Assembly (NCBI GenBank): GCA_003693705.1
Contig: RBZT01000278.1
Location: forward strand, 1 to 64,000
Direction: 5' to 3'
Length of the DNA: 64,000 nucleotides
Source of the DNA: Polymyxa betae A26-41
Taxonomy: Eukaryota > Protista > Endomyxa: Phytomyxea
Below, piece by piece: positions 26,000-38,600 of this stretch (its first letter is position 1; every line of letters begins with the position of its first letter). The translations under genes were made by a program, and so were the position numbers. Below the pieces are notes generated by a model that saw only the letters and a list, made by a program, of their open reading frames with translations, made no database searches and had not been told where the DNA came from.

Positions 26000-26906
26000 T
26001 TAGGAGAGTTCCCCATTGTGGCAATATTCAGCAAATTTTGATACTGATTTAAGCTGGATCTGACCCGGGATTAAATCACCAGATTCTGGCTCTAGAAAAA
26101 AAACCATTTAAATCTGGTTAAATAAGGATGTGAGATTTGATACCAGATTGATATGGGCTTAGATCAGTCTGCAAGCATCTTACTGCATCTCGATGTCGTC
26201 GAACTTTCATATCAACATTCATAATAGAATCCTGAACCATACCAATCTCTTTCACAAATCGTTCACTAACCTCCATAAGTTCTGTCATTCGTGGTCTTTG
26301 TTTATCGAATAAATGCAGCTCTTTCTTCAGATGTTGATTCACACGTCGAGCTAATCGAATCTGAGACAGCAGCGAGGATCGATCGCGATCGGCCCCAGTC
26401 TCATCACGATTAAGATCTGCTGAGTTCTGAGCAACATCAATCTTATTTAATTCCTAGAATATCGATATTAATAGAGAATGAGATGTATTCAGAACTGAAA
26501 CCTTTAAATCAGAACATAAATCTTCTGATACAGTGAGAATATTGGCTATAATACATAGTTAAAAATAATGAATAATACAAATATATCCATTCTATACCTA
26601 ATGTATACAGCTCCATTTTATCAAGATTTTTATCTAAACACTGAACAATAGTTTGATGAACGGTTTCTACCAGAGATACAATACGATCACGATCAATATC
26701 GGAAGGGGCTTCTTTCTTTAAGGCCAACTCCAGGGCATCAATGCCATCACTACACAACAGCATCAGAGCAAAGATCGAAGCCATTAAAACACAGATTAGT
26801 AGCACCAGAGATAGCTATGGGCACAGTTGTAGACATCGTCCATGATAGCGACTGGAGCTACCTCCAAGAATACATTTGCTGCATCAATAACTTGTTCTGG
26901 TATCAT
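26000..26906 (-). CDS. MIS12: Kinetochore protein Mis12-like
   Basis: FLEVAPVAIMDDVYNCAHSYL..CSDGIDALE..LDKNLDKMELYTL|NILTV matches the Mis12 domain pattern, followed by a coiled coil. Confidence 0.7.
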
Positions 26907-27452
26907 CACAACTCTTTTAATGTAATAGCCACAGCTGCCAACCGGAGCACTATTTAAATCTTCACCTGTAAAAAAACAGGGCAAAGTTTCGCACTTTTCT
27001 GTATTTTCAATTGCACCAGTGCAATAAACTTGCACTTTCCGCGCACTTTAACACGGACTTTACCATGGCACAGTTGACGATAAACTTTTGCGCGGTTAAC
27101 TCGGCGTCATCAAACTCCAATCTCCAGTGATCTGATACATGAAACCAGGTGGATAATTTCAGTACCACAAATTCTCTAATCATTGCTTCGTCGATCTCTC
27201 GAGAGCCATCACATGCTTTTGGGTTCGTTCACAATCAATAATATGTTTCAGAGAGTGGGTACCTACAATTGTTGCTTCCCAGCTCACACCATAATAATTC
27301 ACATTGATATCAGTTCTTTAGCAAATGGTATATTAACCATGATGCTGGACCGATTACAAATAAGCCAAATTTCGACTTGTGTAAAATACACAAATAACAT
27401 CAGCATTACTGTGCATTAGTTTACACATAATCAACGTGAAGTCTATAATAGT

Positions 27453-28338
27453 TCATTGAGATGAAATAGAATCCGAACCGTCTCGCTTCAGCCTTTCGCG
27501 TCTTTTCATAAGACAATTAGCCAAATCTTTAATTGTCTGGCTATTAAGACGATGTAAAGTTGACTCATAGAATCGGCTGAGATCTAGACCCTGATCACGT
27601 TCATATTCGAAAGCCTGTAATGATATAATCAGCAATACACAGATTGGATTATCAGTAATAGAAACAAGAAAATATAATCACCAATACTGAATACATTGAA
27701 TTAAGATAATGATAGAATAATGCAATAATATACTTGAATTAACATCTCAATTTTGTCAACATCTTTGACATATTTCGCCTCTGCTGTTTCTGCCTGTTCA
27801 TACCTAAACGTAGAAATGAGAAACATGGAGACATAGACCTCAAAGACTATAAAATACTCATTCCAGAGCTGCCTAATCCGATCCTGTACAGGCCCATCCA
27901 GATCAGCTAACATTTGATCCAGAGCTTGACTTTCCATCATGTGTTTGTCATGCTTTGATATTCCAGAATCTGGTGTTAAATCTCCTATTATAGCTTCTGC
28001 CATATCATGAACAATACTTAACTGAACACACTGTATAACCAATACCACATAATCAGACATTTGCTAAGTTACATAATAGAACAAACAAATTATTGTGAAC
28101 AGATGAAGACCCGAATATCTCTCAGTTATGAACAAAGCATGGAATTGTGAAATCAATAGACCTTATTGAAGTCGATTTGGTCATTTTGTATGATAAGACT
28201 GAGAATTGCCATTCGATGCATATGATCAGATATAGATTCAGGTAGATTAACATGAGACTGAACCCATCCAGTCCTCTTTGTAGTTTTCAGACGACCACAT
28301 GTTAACAGAAATTCCAATATCTTATCTGAATTAGGCAT
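27453..28338 (-). CDS. HDDC2: HD-domain 5'-deoxynucleotidase
   Basis: LKTTKRTGWV..PESISDHMHRMA; VHDMAEAIIGDLTP; YEQAETAEAKYVKDVDKIEMLIQAFEYE. Confidence 0.93.
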
Positions 28339-28506
28339 TTAATTGTTTCGCAATCTATCAATCTGTCTATCTATCTAGGTATCTATATTCCCAACTACAA
28401 TCTCATCACAACAAAACCATGAAATTATTTACAGAATCCATTTTACTTTTTTTAAATCACTAATATTATGCATGATGAAATGGGAATACTTTTACTCGAG
28501 ATGTAA

Positions 28507-29520
28507 TCATAGATCGGTATGTTCAGGTTCAATAAGAGGAATAATATGACATCCAAGTAAACCTCGTCCTGACCAATTTCTTGGTGTTAATACCAATGTA
28601 ATCGGATCAGGAGATGAATCTCGACGAATTACAACAGCAAATGGACGGTTTTCGCTGCGACGAACCAGATCAGCTATAGAATCAAGAGCACGTCTTGCTC
28701 CTGTCATTGTTAAGATCACAGTGCCAAATTTTAGAATGATATCAGCAGGGCGAAGTCCAGCATCATATGCTGGTGATCCATGTTCAACCGAATTAACACG
28801 ACAGAATCCGATTAGAGCTGGACCTTCAGCTATCCCATTATCAATACTGTATTGACCAGCTTCAACAACAGCTGCAGCTGGATATTCAGGATCAATTCGA
28901 TTATGTTCTGATGTGATCGAGATCGGGGTCACATTCCCTATATTATATTCTTATTGGACCAATTAACACCCCATATACAAATAATATAAACCTGTCTCTT
29001 TTTGAACTCGAATTAATTCATGATATTCATTAAGAATCTCTCCTAACCGGGCCATCACCTGTTTAATATTCGATTATTCGTTTTCTTATCATAAAGGGAA
29101 CGAGTGAATGGCTTAATTACGAACAAGTTTGAAAATCATTAAACTACTTGATTAAACAATAACGTGGTTAATCTGCAGTCAAAAAATTGATAATATGATT
29201 GAAGAGCAAAACAGCGAAATCTGCTACAATTGGATAAAGGTGTATACGATAAGATAATTTCCCATACTAACAATATATACCTTTTTATGATCGTTTATAG
29301 CAGAACGCATAGAGCTAGCATGAATTCGAGCTCCATGATGATCAACACCAACCTTTGGGAATCCATCATGATCAATAAGCTGTAATGGTATCTGTGTAGG
29401 ATCTAAACCCTGATTAATAAGCCATGACTGATCCGACTCAATCTGTAGCTCAAGATCATGCTTTCGAGCCTGTAAATCATTAAGCTCTGCTCGAAGCTGT
29501 AAAAGACCATTATCTGTCAT
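28507..29520 (-). CDS. PSMD9: 26S proteasome assembly chaperone p27/Nas2 (N-terminal coiled coil plus PDZ)
   Basis: LIDHDGFPKVGVDHHGARI..INDHK; VNSVEHGSPAYDAGLRPADIILKFG; LTPRNWSGRGLLGCHI. Confidence 0.93.
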
Positions 29521-29808
29521 TTCTCCAATCTCTTTCTATCACCTAACGCAATAATATTAGATTTAGATAACGCAATACGGTAGTAATATAATCATATCTT
29601 TTATATCAAGATAATATTCAAGTTCGGAATCAAAAATTATTAAATATAACTGATTCTGACATCAATAGCCTATAATATTATAATATTATAAACATTTCGA
29701 AGTTTGCATAAAATTGCCCGACTGAAGAATAAATAAAACACGTTTAATCGCAATCATTTACTTTAATGCGCCATTAGCCCGTTATTATCACCGATTTAGA
29801 AGTCGGTT

Positions 29809-32556
29809 ATGGAGACAGATACCAGAGATGGAATAGATCAAGACTTGATCATTGATGATGGTGATGATCAGCATGAGCTTGGTATAAAGGTCTGTGCAGC
29901 ATATTTGCAAGCACCCAGATCTATATTAATTGAATATTCAGGGACAGCAACGAATTCGAAAGATGTTATCACAGCATAATCCAGTTAATGTTATACATGA
30001 ATTTCAAGGTTATTATTACTGAACTGTTTTATACATATTTATTATCTCAATACTTTATCATATTTCATATATCATCAGCTTTTGTTCAATTCTTACATAA
30101 TGTTAACATATATTGGCTCTGAACGAAATTCCTTGATGGCTGAATAGCATTGAATTTTGTAGATCGTAATGGCCTTCACTTCGCTAATACAGATGCTGTA
30201 TTGAAATTTCTCGATCTTCTGGGATTTAGTCGTTGCAATGTCTATTCATCTTTAAACGAGAAATTACTGGTCTGCTGAAATATTTGTATTTTTACTGGTG
30301 AAATCTTTCTGAGATTATGTGATCGTTCAGCGACATTTTCATGAAAAATTAAAGAAGGCAACCCCCGAACAGATCCAGACGCTATTACGTTCATCATTTC
30401 GATATATTCGTGCTCATGGTCTAAGTCAGATTCCAATATGGATTCTATCAGAGATTGAAACAATACCAAGATCATGTCTTGATCAATTAGCACAACATTC
30501 ATCTCTGCTTGAAGTAAGAGCTTAATAGATGTGAATATTGTCTCTTACTAATATGTATGTAGACATTACCATTAAATATTGTACGACAAATATGGGCTGC
30601 ATATCCAAATATATTTATAAGCAAGCTATCGGATCTATTTAATTCATATATTAATGATCCAAATAGAGTTATGACATATCAAGCTTATTATTCACATGTT
30701 CCCCATGTACGTATTTAGGGTTTGTTAGGGTTTAGGGTTTATGGATCTTGTATAGGCCGTATCTGATCGTCGTTCCTGTGATACAATTCTACAAGAGCTC
30801 GTTAATTGGATTGGAACTTCATTCCCTCTATATGAGATTTGCTTACGAACAATTCGTGATAGATTTGGTGCCACCAATCATTATGGGTTTGTGTGACATT
30901 GCAGGATTCAATTCACACAAAATGTAATGATGTCTGTTCAGATATTGTGTATTAAGAATGGAGTTATTAATGTCATTACATGATATGGGTCGTGCTAATA
31001 TTGTAGCATTAGATCCAATACATCAATTAACTTGGTGTCTCAATGCTGCATCTCGTGAAAAATCTATTGACGGTCTCTCTCTCGTCCATATCAAATAATT
31101 ACAAGTTTTTAGTTTCACCTTCGTTTGAGACTCGTTGTTGTTGAACTTCTGTTTGGAATATCAACGAATAACCTTTTTTTCAATTGGGATGTAGAATCTT
31201 CAAAGAACCAGGTCGCTGATCGTCAACTTTAGGTCGTTTAATGAGTGAGTTCACGACACAATACACACAGCTAAAAGAAGGCGGCGATATCGTCCCTGAT
31301 GTAATCTTGTGCTTGTCCCTTCCAGATCATTGTTGTGTTGATTTAATTGCCTGCAGAGCGGTGAGCTTGCTCCCGAGATGATTGCTCAATTACAAGATTT
31401 ATCAATGGTGGTGGCACATCCTTTTATTACCAACGTACTTCTACGTTCTATCGAGGCGAATTTACGTGCGATCTGCATCATCATAATATTGACAATGTCT
31501 GAATTGGATTCAGTTCGTATTGTTCGTGCTGCTGAGGACGATCAACTTCCAAAGGATAATGAACAACTTCGTGTTCTGACACAGACACTCTACATCGGTT
31601 GCAATGTTCGCAAACTGCTCCGTGCTCGTCGTCAATTCAAACTACCGAAATGTCCCCATAGTAAGCAGAGTGACCTGGGGGCCAGCACGGATTCTAATCT
31701 CAGTGAAACAGCTGTCTTTCGGAAACTGTACCCGTTGTTGGGCGTTCTCACTCTCAATTGTTTCGGAGTCGATGATGTCGCTGATAGTCTCATCAATATT
31801 CTTTTGAATGACAAAGGCCAGATTGGTCTCTGCATCGTGATGGCTTTCACTACCAGGTTAGATGTCCGACTTCAGTTTTTAAATCTGTAAAACGTCTACA
31901 GCTATCTTTCGAATTACGAGTATGATCGCGCATCGATTCTGTTTAGCGTTTTGGGGCGGGTCGATGCTTCGGCTATATCAACTGCACCTTTATCGCCATT
32001 CAATCGGTTTATCGCAACCATTATGACTTCCATGACGCTGGACGCCCGCCACCGCTCTCAGCTGACTTCCAATGCGGCATTCCGAAAACGGTTCTTCGTC
32101 TCTTTTCTGTTCCCCATTGCGAAAGGGTTTGAGGTTGGTTTCAAGCATTGTCCTAACTATTTGGTGATTATAATCGCAGCAAGTAAAAACGCAATGCTTT
32201 GACTTGATTTCGTCAATATCAAACGCAATACCTATTTGTGATCTCGCTGGTTATCTGATTTCATTGGATTCTGAATCAAGTAATGGAATCACGAAAATCT
32301 AATAACAACATTCATTGTTACATTAATATTTATTGCAGACGAAGTACATCAGCAGTTACTGGCGGAGGTTACCGGTCTTGCAGATGCAATTGAAATGAGG
32401 CGATCGCAACATTCCAACGACGAATTGGTATTGATCAATGATCAGGTAGGGTTGTTAATTTAACTTGGATTTACATTCTAATGTGATATGCAGCAAATCG
32501 AATCGAGATCTGAAATTGTTCCAGAACCGGAAGAAGCGTCGACGTCAGCGGAATGA
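29809..32556 (+). CDS. NELFB: Negative elongation factor B (COBRA1) homologue
   Basis: Spliced motifs VIHEFQ..FLDLLGFSRCNVYSSL, LLRSSFRYI, LPLNIVRQIW, LQELVNWIGTSFPLYE, YCVLRMELLMSLHDMG..DPIHQLTWCLNA and DLSMVVAHPF follow the COBRA1 domain order. Confidence 0.85.
30714..30741 (+). repeat. Telomere-like TTAGGGTTT x3 inside a 49-nt intron of NELF-B
   Basis: tttagggtttgttagggtttagggttta within intron 30707-30755. Confidence 0.65.
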
Positions 32557-32633
32557 GCTGATGCTGTATGTTGTTGTTCCATTTTATATTCGCAAATGTA
32601 ATAAATATATTTAGGTTTTATCTTAAACACGTG

Positions 32634-35600
32634 CTACCGCACTCTAGATCTAGGTGGTTGTGGCCACAGTGTCATGTCTTCATCCGGCTCGTCCTTTCGT
32701 TCAATTCCATTAACAACAGTAGCAAGCAATACCGCTATCTTGTGCATACCTCAGAGGAGCGATATTTGTCAAGCTTTTCGAAGCGATGGAGTCTGGTTCG
32801 CGAGTTCCATTTCGAAAAAGATAGACCCAGTAATCGGAGACGTCGCCATTTAAGGCAGACATGCAGTTCCTGACTATCAAGCAGTCTTATTTCGAATGAA
32901 TTCCGATATAGCAGCCGATACCTTTCAGCAGATAGAATTGCCCATTGACGAAGGACAATAACCATCCGTTTGGCCACGAGTGAGATGTAAAACCTGTAGG
33001 CTGTTTGTCGATAGACTACGAGCAGCCTCCATGCGATGAAATACGGCTTACGACGATGTTCGCTGAAGAATCGCTGCACTTCCTAGTAGGCAACGTATCA
33101 GGGGATGAAGCAAACTCGCAGTGATTTGTAGAAATTACAAGTCGATTTCTCCAGAGTATTTTGGCGCGAGAATATGATGCCCAAAATGTTGTTAGCTTTT
33201 TCAACAGATATAACCGATGGAATGCATCGCTACGTCGTAATTGCAATAACATGCCTTGCTTATTGAGCTCCACATTGAACTGCAAAGCTCCTAAACAATG
33301 AAATCTTAGCACGGAAACGTTCCATCGAACAGGCAATCGACGCTCTTACGTATGGAATATTTTAGCTGTGTCTTGTGGAAGTGTTGCTCGGCAAAGGTCA
33401 TCATTTCAATGTTCTGAACCGCAAGTGTGTTCCAAGTTCTTGTAATCTTGATCATCCTGCATTTAACTGCACGATCAGCAAAATCTAACGCCAAATATTC
33501 TGGAATTCAATGTTACTAAAAAACATTGGCTGCATCTTCAAAATTCCACCTAAACGTTGAAGATTGCTCCATACTAAGCGCCACCGTCGGAATCGGGACA
33601 CGATAATGAGTACATTGTTCATTCTAACGGCCAAAAACCATCTACGTAACTGATACCAAGCTGTCCAGTACCGGCTCCGAATACGATTTTGCGAATATGC
33701 CTAGATTAAGAAATAAGCAAACGATAGTACCGGAAAATTCGAGCGCAAAGGAGATACCTTTGTAAAAAGGAGCTGGAACCAGGCTCGAAAGTATCGCCCA
33801 AGACGGATTACGTGCATCTTCTAGAAATAATTAACGGCAAATCTTTTGAGTACAAGCCTCCATACATGCACCAAAAATCCCATTCGCCAATGTTCGATTT
33901 TGCCTTGTTCAACAACGTCGCGCCAAAGCATGAAACAATTCCGATACAGAACGAATCGTGCCTGACGCCGCGTCAAAATTTGACGTGTGATATTTCGCCA
34001 GTCGTTGTAGATTCGGCTTAGAGTATTTCCACGTTGCAATGAACCCAAAACACGTTCGGCCGCTCGTTGCGATTTTGCCAAAATTGCATGCACGCGCAGC
34101 ACTTTGAGACCACGCTCTCGTTTGCCATTTTCAATTTGTCGAACAACACAGCGTCCTTTATAAACAACCCTCATGTCAGACATATATCGTCGTACCAGCC
34201 GCCTCCGTATCATATTGATTGCATACGAAATAAAATGCTGCCAATCAATAAGTATACCATTGAATTGTTGGAAATTTGTCACATACCTGATAATAACCTT
34301 GAAATCGAATGCAATGTACCGCCCACCGGATGGCCAGATTATTGTAAGCACCGCAAACACGAGAAATCAAATCTCGGTATCGCGATCGAGTTAGACATTG
34401 TTCGGTCCAGACCGCGAGTGACTCAGATACCAAGCGGTGATGACGTCGAACGTAAATAGTTGCAAGCGAACGTTTAACGTCATCTACGACACATCGCCAT
34501 CCTTCGAATAACGTACGAAGCAGTTTACGTTGAAGACAGCGTAAGCGGGCCTCGATACTCCAGTCTAGGAAGTATCGTCGGATCATAACATTTCTGGTTC
34601 AAAATTAGTGTTGCAAAGTAAGTTGATAGCTACTAGACTATACTTATGGAATCTCGACGCACTCATGATGTTGTACCATTGACAAAAGATGCTCTGGAGC
34701 ATCGATACATAACGTTTGAGGATTAATCTGCCAGTTTTATGAGCGACAGAGCGTTGCCGTTCAAGAGCGCATCGCCACAGGTACAAATATCGCCGCTGTT
34801 GTGATAGCACAATCCTAAACGTGATATTCTGGTAGCGCCAGACATGATGGAGGGCGTACTGCCATTCACGAAGCCAATATCGTAGACGACTCTATCAGCG
34901 GATTATTGATACCGACGAACACACAGGTCAACATCATACCGGCAAATACTTTAGACCACGAGTAATACAAGCCCATCGTTTGAATGAAGACTTCACGTGC
35001 GATCGATTCGATAGCTTTAACATTGATCTGACACAATTTCTTTTCCGCAAGCAAAAACACCATTTCTGGAAAACAAATCGGCAAATATTGGTGGTTAACA
35101 TTTTGGTGATCATTCGCAATCGACAATGTCGAAATAACATCAGGGTTGAATATCGAAGGAGACGATGTCGCTCAAGTACGAAATGACGATTTGTAGCGAC
35201 TTTCTCAGCACGTTTGCAAGAAAGACGTCGACGCCATATTCGTAACAGGGTCGAGCATATCCGATTCTGTTCCTGGGTCTGCCATCGTGAGCGAACTACG
35301 ATGGACACCGATTGAAGACAAAGAAAACGTTTGGTAACCGCTGACCAAGCACGAAATGAATTCAGCAAAGTTGAATGGATATCAGAACGAAGTTGCAGTA
35401 AAGCAGAGCGCCATCTAATCAAGACCGTTCGAAGACGTCGCGCGGCAAATGTCGCCGCAAAAACAACACGAATTCGCGAAAGGCGGCGCTTCCGTGTTGT
35501 AATGCTTTTCCAGAAGAGCACAGAACCCCGGATTTGGAAGGCGTCTCTTAGATATCTGGATCGAACAGCAACGTGAACGCGGCGGCGCCAATATTGAAAC

Positions 35601-38600
35601 AAACGAAAGCACGATTTGAGCAGAATTCTGTTGCTCAACGAACTGCAGAAATTAATCAGAAAAAGCATCAGAACATTGACTACACACGTACTCAGATTTT
35701 GAAAGCAGCGATTGCCATCTCTGACGGATTCGATAATGTTGGACCCAGAGCGACATCACGCGTTGTTTTACGATCATTGAATGTAACTGATGAAGTGCTC
35801 TCTTGCGAACGAACCGTTGATGAGCCCAAGCCCGCCAAGCTCGCAATCGCTTCTGAGTGTCAACTGCGTTGTAATGTGCCCGAAACCGTTCAATGAGCTG
35901 GCGGCGACCGCGACATGATTGAGCGTTGGCTTTCCAGCGACGGAAACAGACCTGTTGGACGCTGATTCTGGTCTGCTCAAAGACGTCTTGTAGGATTCTG
36001 AAATAATACAGTCAATAATATATAATATTATCAAATAAAAAACTATATAACGATAGGAAAATGTATAAGGTAAACTGACACTGTTCGTTGTTTGTAAAAG
36101 CGATGCTTGAAGAGCCATCGCTGAAACATGGGTCTGATGTAATGTTCACGAGCAATAGCGATGCGATTATCCCGATAGAGCAATGTCTTCGAATGCCAAT
36201 TCCTGAGAATGGTCCTTGCACGACGTCGCTTAAAATTTTCTGAACTGACACTATAACGATATCGCAAGTAATTGTCATATTGATACTGATTCCGCCATTT
36301 CTTAAGTATTCGTGACTTCATAAATCGATCAGCTTGACATCGTTGAGCATGTTCAATCTGACAAGTTGTAAATTCGATAAGCCATCGTTGCCAGCAACGC
36401 GCCCGAATACTGATTTTCCAGAGCTGCGATGAAATTCGGTCTTGTCGACTCCGCTCTACATATCGACGCCATTGATTGATCGCAGCCGAGTATTGCTGTT
36501 GGTTGTGATACGTGGTCGCATCATGGAGTTTTCGTTTGTAAAGTAACAGATTATTGACGTTCTGCTTCCAGTGATAAAACACAGCACGTTCATGTCTGGT
36601 GCGCCATTTCCATAAGCACTGAAATGAAGATGACTGTACAACAGATTCGGACAGGAACTTGCTTATTCCTATCAACTTTTCATGAGAAAAACAACAGTTT
36701 CGGAAAAAGCTGATATTAACTGACGATGATAGATAAATAATGAGAGAGCGCTGCCATCAGCCATGTTATCATACTGAGTCACCGCATGAGAAAAATTGAA
36801 CACGACCAGATCGGGAAAAGCCTTCGTTAAGCGTTTATGAAATGAGGCGATCTCGATACGATTTCGAATAGAGACCTGAAAGGCCTTCGACCTGCAACAT
36901 CTAATCGTCAATATTCCTTTAACTGCCGTTCGCATTTCGTACATTTTCTGAAGCGTATTTCGAGCACACGAAAAGCGTCTGCCATCATCAAGTGAACGTT
37001 TCCAAATACGAACTCGTACAGCGTGAGCCCATTCCTGCAAGATCAAAAGCCCTTTTCGGGCTAGACGCCTTTTGGCGAAGCAATCCGCCGAAGCGCGTCT
37101 GTGTTGCCTCAGACGCAGAAGGGCCACCCAACATAACAGAACGCGAGAGGCACAGCGTCGCTTCATTTCTGAGCTGAGCCGATTCAGTTTCTTTGTAAGA
37201 GATGCAGACCTTCGCACATGTCGAAAACACCGAACGTAAACTTTCCTCTGACGGCTACACTCAGTGTTGAGAACGGAATCCATACCGGGCAGTATTACAC
37301 GATATTGGCGAAAAAGAAGCAGAAGCTGGCGCACCGCGCTCAGATGCAGACGTTTTACAGACGGGATACGAACTTGCTGAGTGAACTTGGTGGCTATGGT
37401 GAGACAATACCTTCGCGCGATGGTGAAACGTCGCCAATTGAACAACATGGACGATATCAGTAGAGATTGTAATAAAGGTCGAACTCGATCTGAGCAGAGC
37501 AGCTGTATTTGGCGCCGTCTCTGAGCCTTTCTGTTGGTATCAAGATGCCAAGCATTGAACACACGATAAACAGCGGATGACAGTTGACGACGCGCCCGTC
37601 GACGGCAGAAGCGTTGTAACTTCAAAGTTTGTTGCCAGGCGGTGTATGCGTTGCCTCGTTGGCGATGTTTGCTGTGCCTTTCGACAATAGCGCATAGAGT
37701 GGACAGTTGAGTATACTGTAGCCATGAATTCAATGCAGACCGTAAAGCTGGGTTCAAGTACGCTCGAAGCAACCGATTTGCAGTTTGTTTTACATTACGT
37801 TGATGTCGCAGAGTGAAATTCCACCAATTCAAAGCTCGATACAAACGAAAACGACATCTGATTCGTAGAATCGAGACGATGTGTCGGTTTGTTAATAACG
37901 AGCAAGGCGAACATTGACGCCATCGCCGAAAGAGACGCGATTGAACGAAGACGTCGCATGTTTGAAGTGCAGAACGATTCCATTTGTGATTGGCGACGAC
38001 AACTTTCAGTTGATGTGATGCCTGTTGTAACCGAAAATGGCGCTCTCTGGCATGCAGCAGAAACCCCGCCTGAGACAGTCGGCGTTTCCGTTCAGCGTAC
38101 CAAACCCATTTTCGCAATGCATTATTTCGATTGAAAAGTGAGCAACAGCGCGATATTGTTGAAAGCCTTTTTGCATAATCACGAAGCCATCGCAGGGAAT
38201 AAGAAAGCGACCGCAATCGATGGAATCGAGTCGCTGCCCGTATGGATACTTGCAGCGTTTTTTCTCCAAAATAAACTTCACGCCATGCCAGAAACCATTG
38301 TCGACAAAGCCGAGATTGGTTTACAGAGAGAAACTCGGTGGCGCATGCACGAAGATTGATCATTCGATTATTGAAACGGCGCCATCGATTGAATAGACGT
38401 CCGACGAGCAGATGCTTGAGTGAGACGGTTTTCCGATTAAAATCTTCTAGTTCCAATGATAGCTCTCTCCATGCATAAAATAGTGATCGACGACGGAATT
38501 GTACAGCGCTCTGGCTCAATGCATAACAGTGAAGACGATGCTTCATCTGACTGCGAAACGCTTCCACGCCCCATTTTAGTCGGCGCTTGCGATAAAAACT

